A stretch of DNA of 64,000 nucleotides from NCBI GenBank assembly GCA_035285865.1, contig JAYKHS010000014.1, positions 1 through 64,000 on the forward strand, read 5' to 3'. Below the pieces are notes generated by a model. It was not told the DNA's origin and did not search any database. It worked only from the letters and a program-made list of their open reading frames with translations. Shown here one piece after another: positions 63,597-64,000 of this stretch. The position numbers and the translations under genes were made by a program. Position 1 is the first letter of the stretch. Each line of letters begins with the position of its first letter. The DNA is from Candidatus Sericytochromatia bacterium (GTDB lineage: Bacteria; Cyanobacteriota; Sericytochromatia; S15B-MN24; VGJW01).

Positions 63597-64000
63597 TTAA
63601 TCCGGTGACGCTTCGATCGGGATGGTCCGTGGCTGCGCGATCTCGAGGCGAGGAAGCCAGACCGCCAGTACGCCGTCCTTGAGCGTGGCCCGGATGCGAT
63701 CGATGGCCACGTCCGCAGGCAGGGGCACGGTCCGGGCGAAACGGCCGTGGGGCCGTTCCGATGCCAGGGGTCGCGTGCCATCCGTCTCGAAGCGCAGGCG
63801 CTCGCCCGTGACGAGCAGTTGCCGCCCTTCGACCTGCAGGCCGAGGTCCTCCTGCCTGAGCCCGGGCACATCGAGTTGCACGACGAAGGCTTCGGCTTGC
63901 TCGAGCACGTCCATCGGCGGCTCCCAAGGAGCAAGGCCCCGATCCGGTGCGGCGCCATCGCGCCGTTCCACCTGATCGAGGCCTTGTCCAAGCTCCTCGA
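63597..64000 (-). CDS. Hsp20/alpha-crystallin family protein (5' partial or GTG start at 63971)
   Basis: WEPPMDVLE, LDVPGL, VTGER, ERPHGRFAR...LP, ATLKDGVLAV.LP; the frame is open to the window end. Confidence 0.9.
   Translation of the reverse strand, partial: EELGQGLDQVERRDGAAPDRGLAPWEPPMDVLEQAEAFVVQLDVPGLRQEDLGLQVEGRQLLVTGERLRFETDGTRPLASERPHGRFARTVPLPADVAIDRIRATLKDGVLAVWLPRLEIAQPRTIPIEASPD

Noticed and set aside
1..64000. tRNA, rRNA, IS elements, prophage or integrase
   Set aside because: Intergenic gaps are short, with no cloverleaf, transposase, integrase or phage structural motifs recognised by eye; a covariance-model scan would be needed to exclude small RNAs.

Overview
A GC-rich (roughly 70% by eye), gene-dense bacterial chromosome segment with about 58 CDS. 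I saw no rRNA, tRNA, CRISPR array or intact mobile element. Several genes are of a cyanobacterial type (Man-1-P guanylyltransferase/PGM fusion, LpxB-like protein, IctB-like ligase, CBS-domain tRNA nucleotidyltransferase, short SSB), and no photosynthesis genes are present. This suggests a non-photosynthetic relative of Cyanobacteria such as Sericytochromatia (inference only). Main blocks: a partial Rpn-like PD-(D/E)XK gene; a Cas4-like nuclease upstream of copZ-copA; a Wbp/Pgl-like nucleotide-sugar operon (4.9-14.3 kb); lysC, rhodanese, LysR and lipoprotein genes; mrp-marR; a GT4 / GMPP-PGM / PGM operon; ssb and a tRNA nucleotidyltransferase; MshEN protein - lpxB-like - ABC exporter; dnaX-mltG; hmgA, kynA and an orphan E1 alpha; pepP; pssA-psd; and a phenylacetate-like aryl-CoA catabolic operon. 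Top observations: (1) the aryl-CoA operon has a single PaaA/BoxB-like di-iron subunit plus an Oah-like crotonase with a zinc ribbon; (2) a recurrent TT(A/T)ACC-N29/30-(GC)GATA upstream motif with 11-bp repeats lies before five genes, mostly lineage-specific or exported; (3) a 41-aa secreted His-rich micropeptide is missed by the ORF track; (4) an Rpn-like gene has an internal RBS+ATG, as in intragenic antitoxins; (5) three short AT-rich, codon-atypical patches inside genes share a motif; (6) leaderless starts are widespread and several CTG starts are possible. All functional calls come from motif recognition without database searches.
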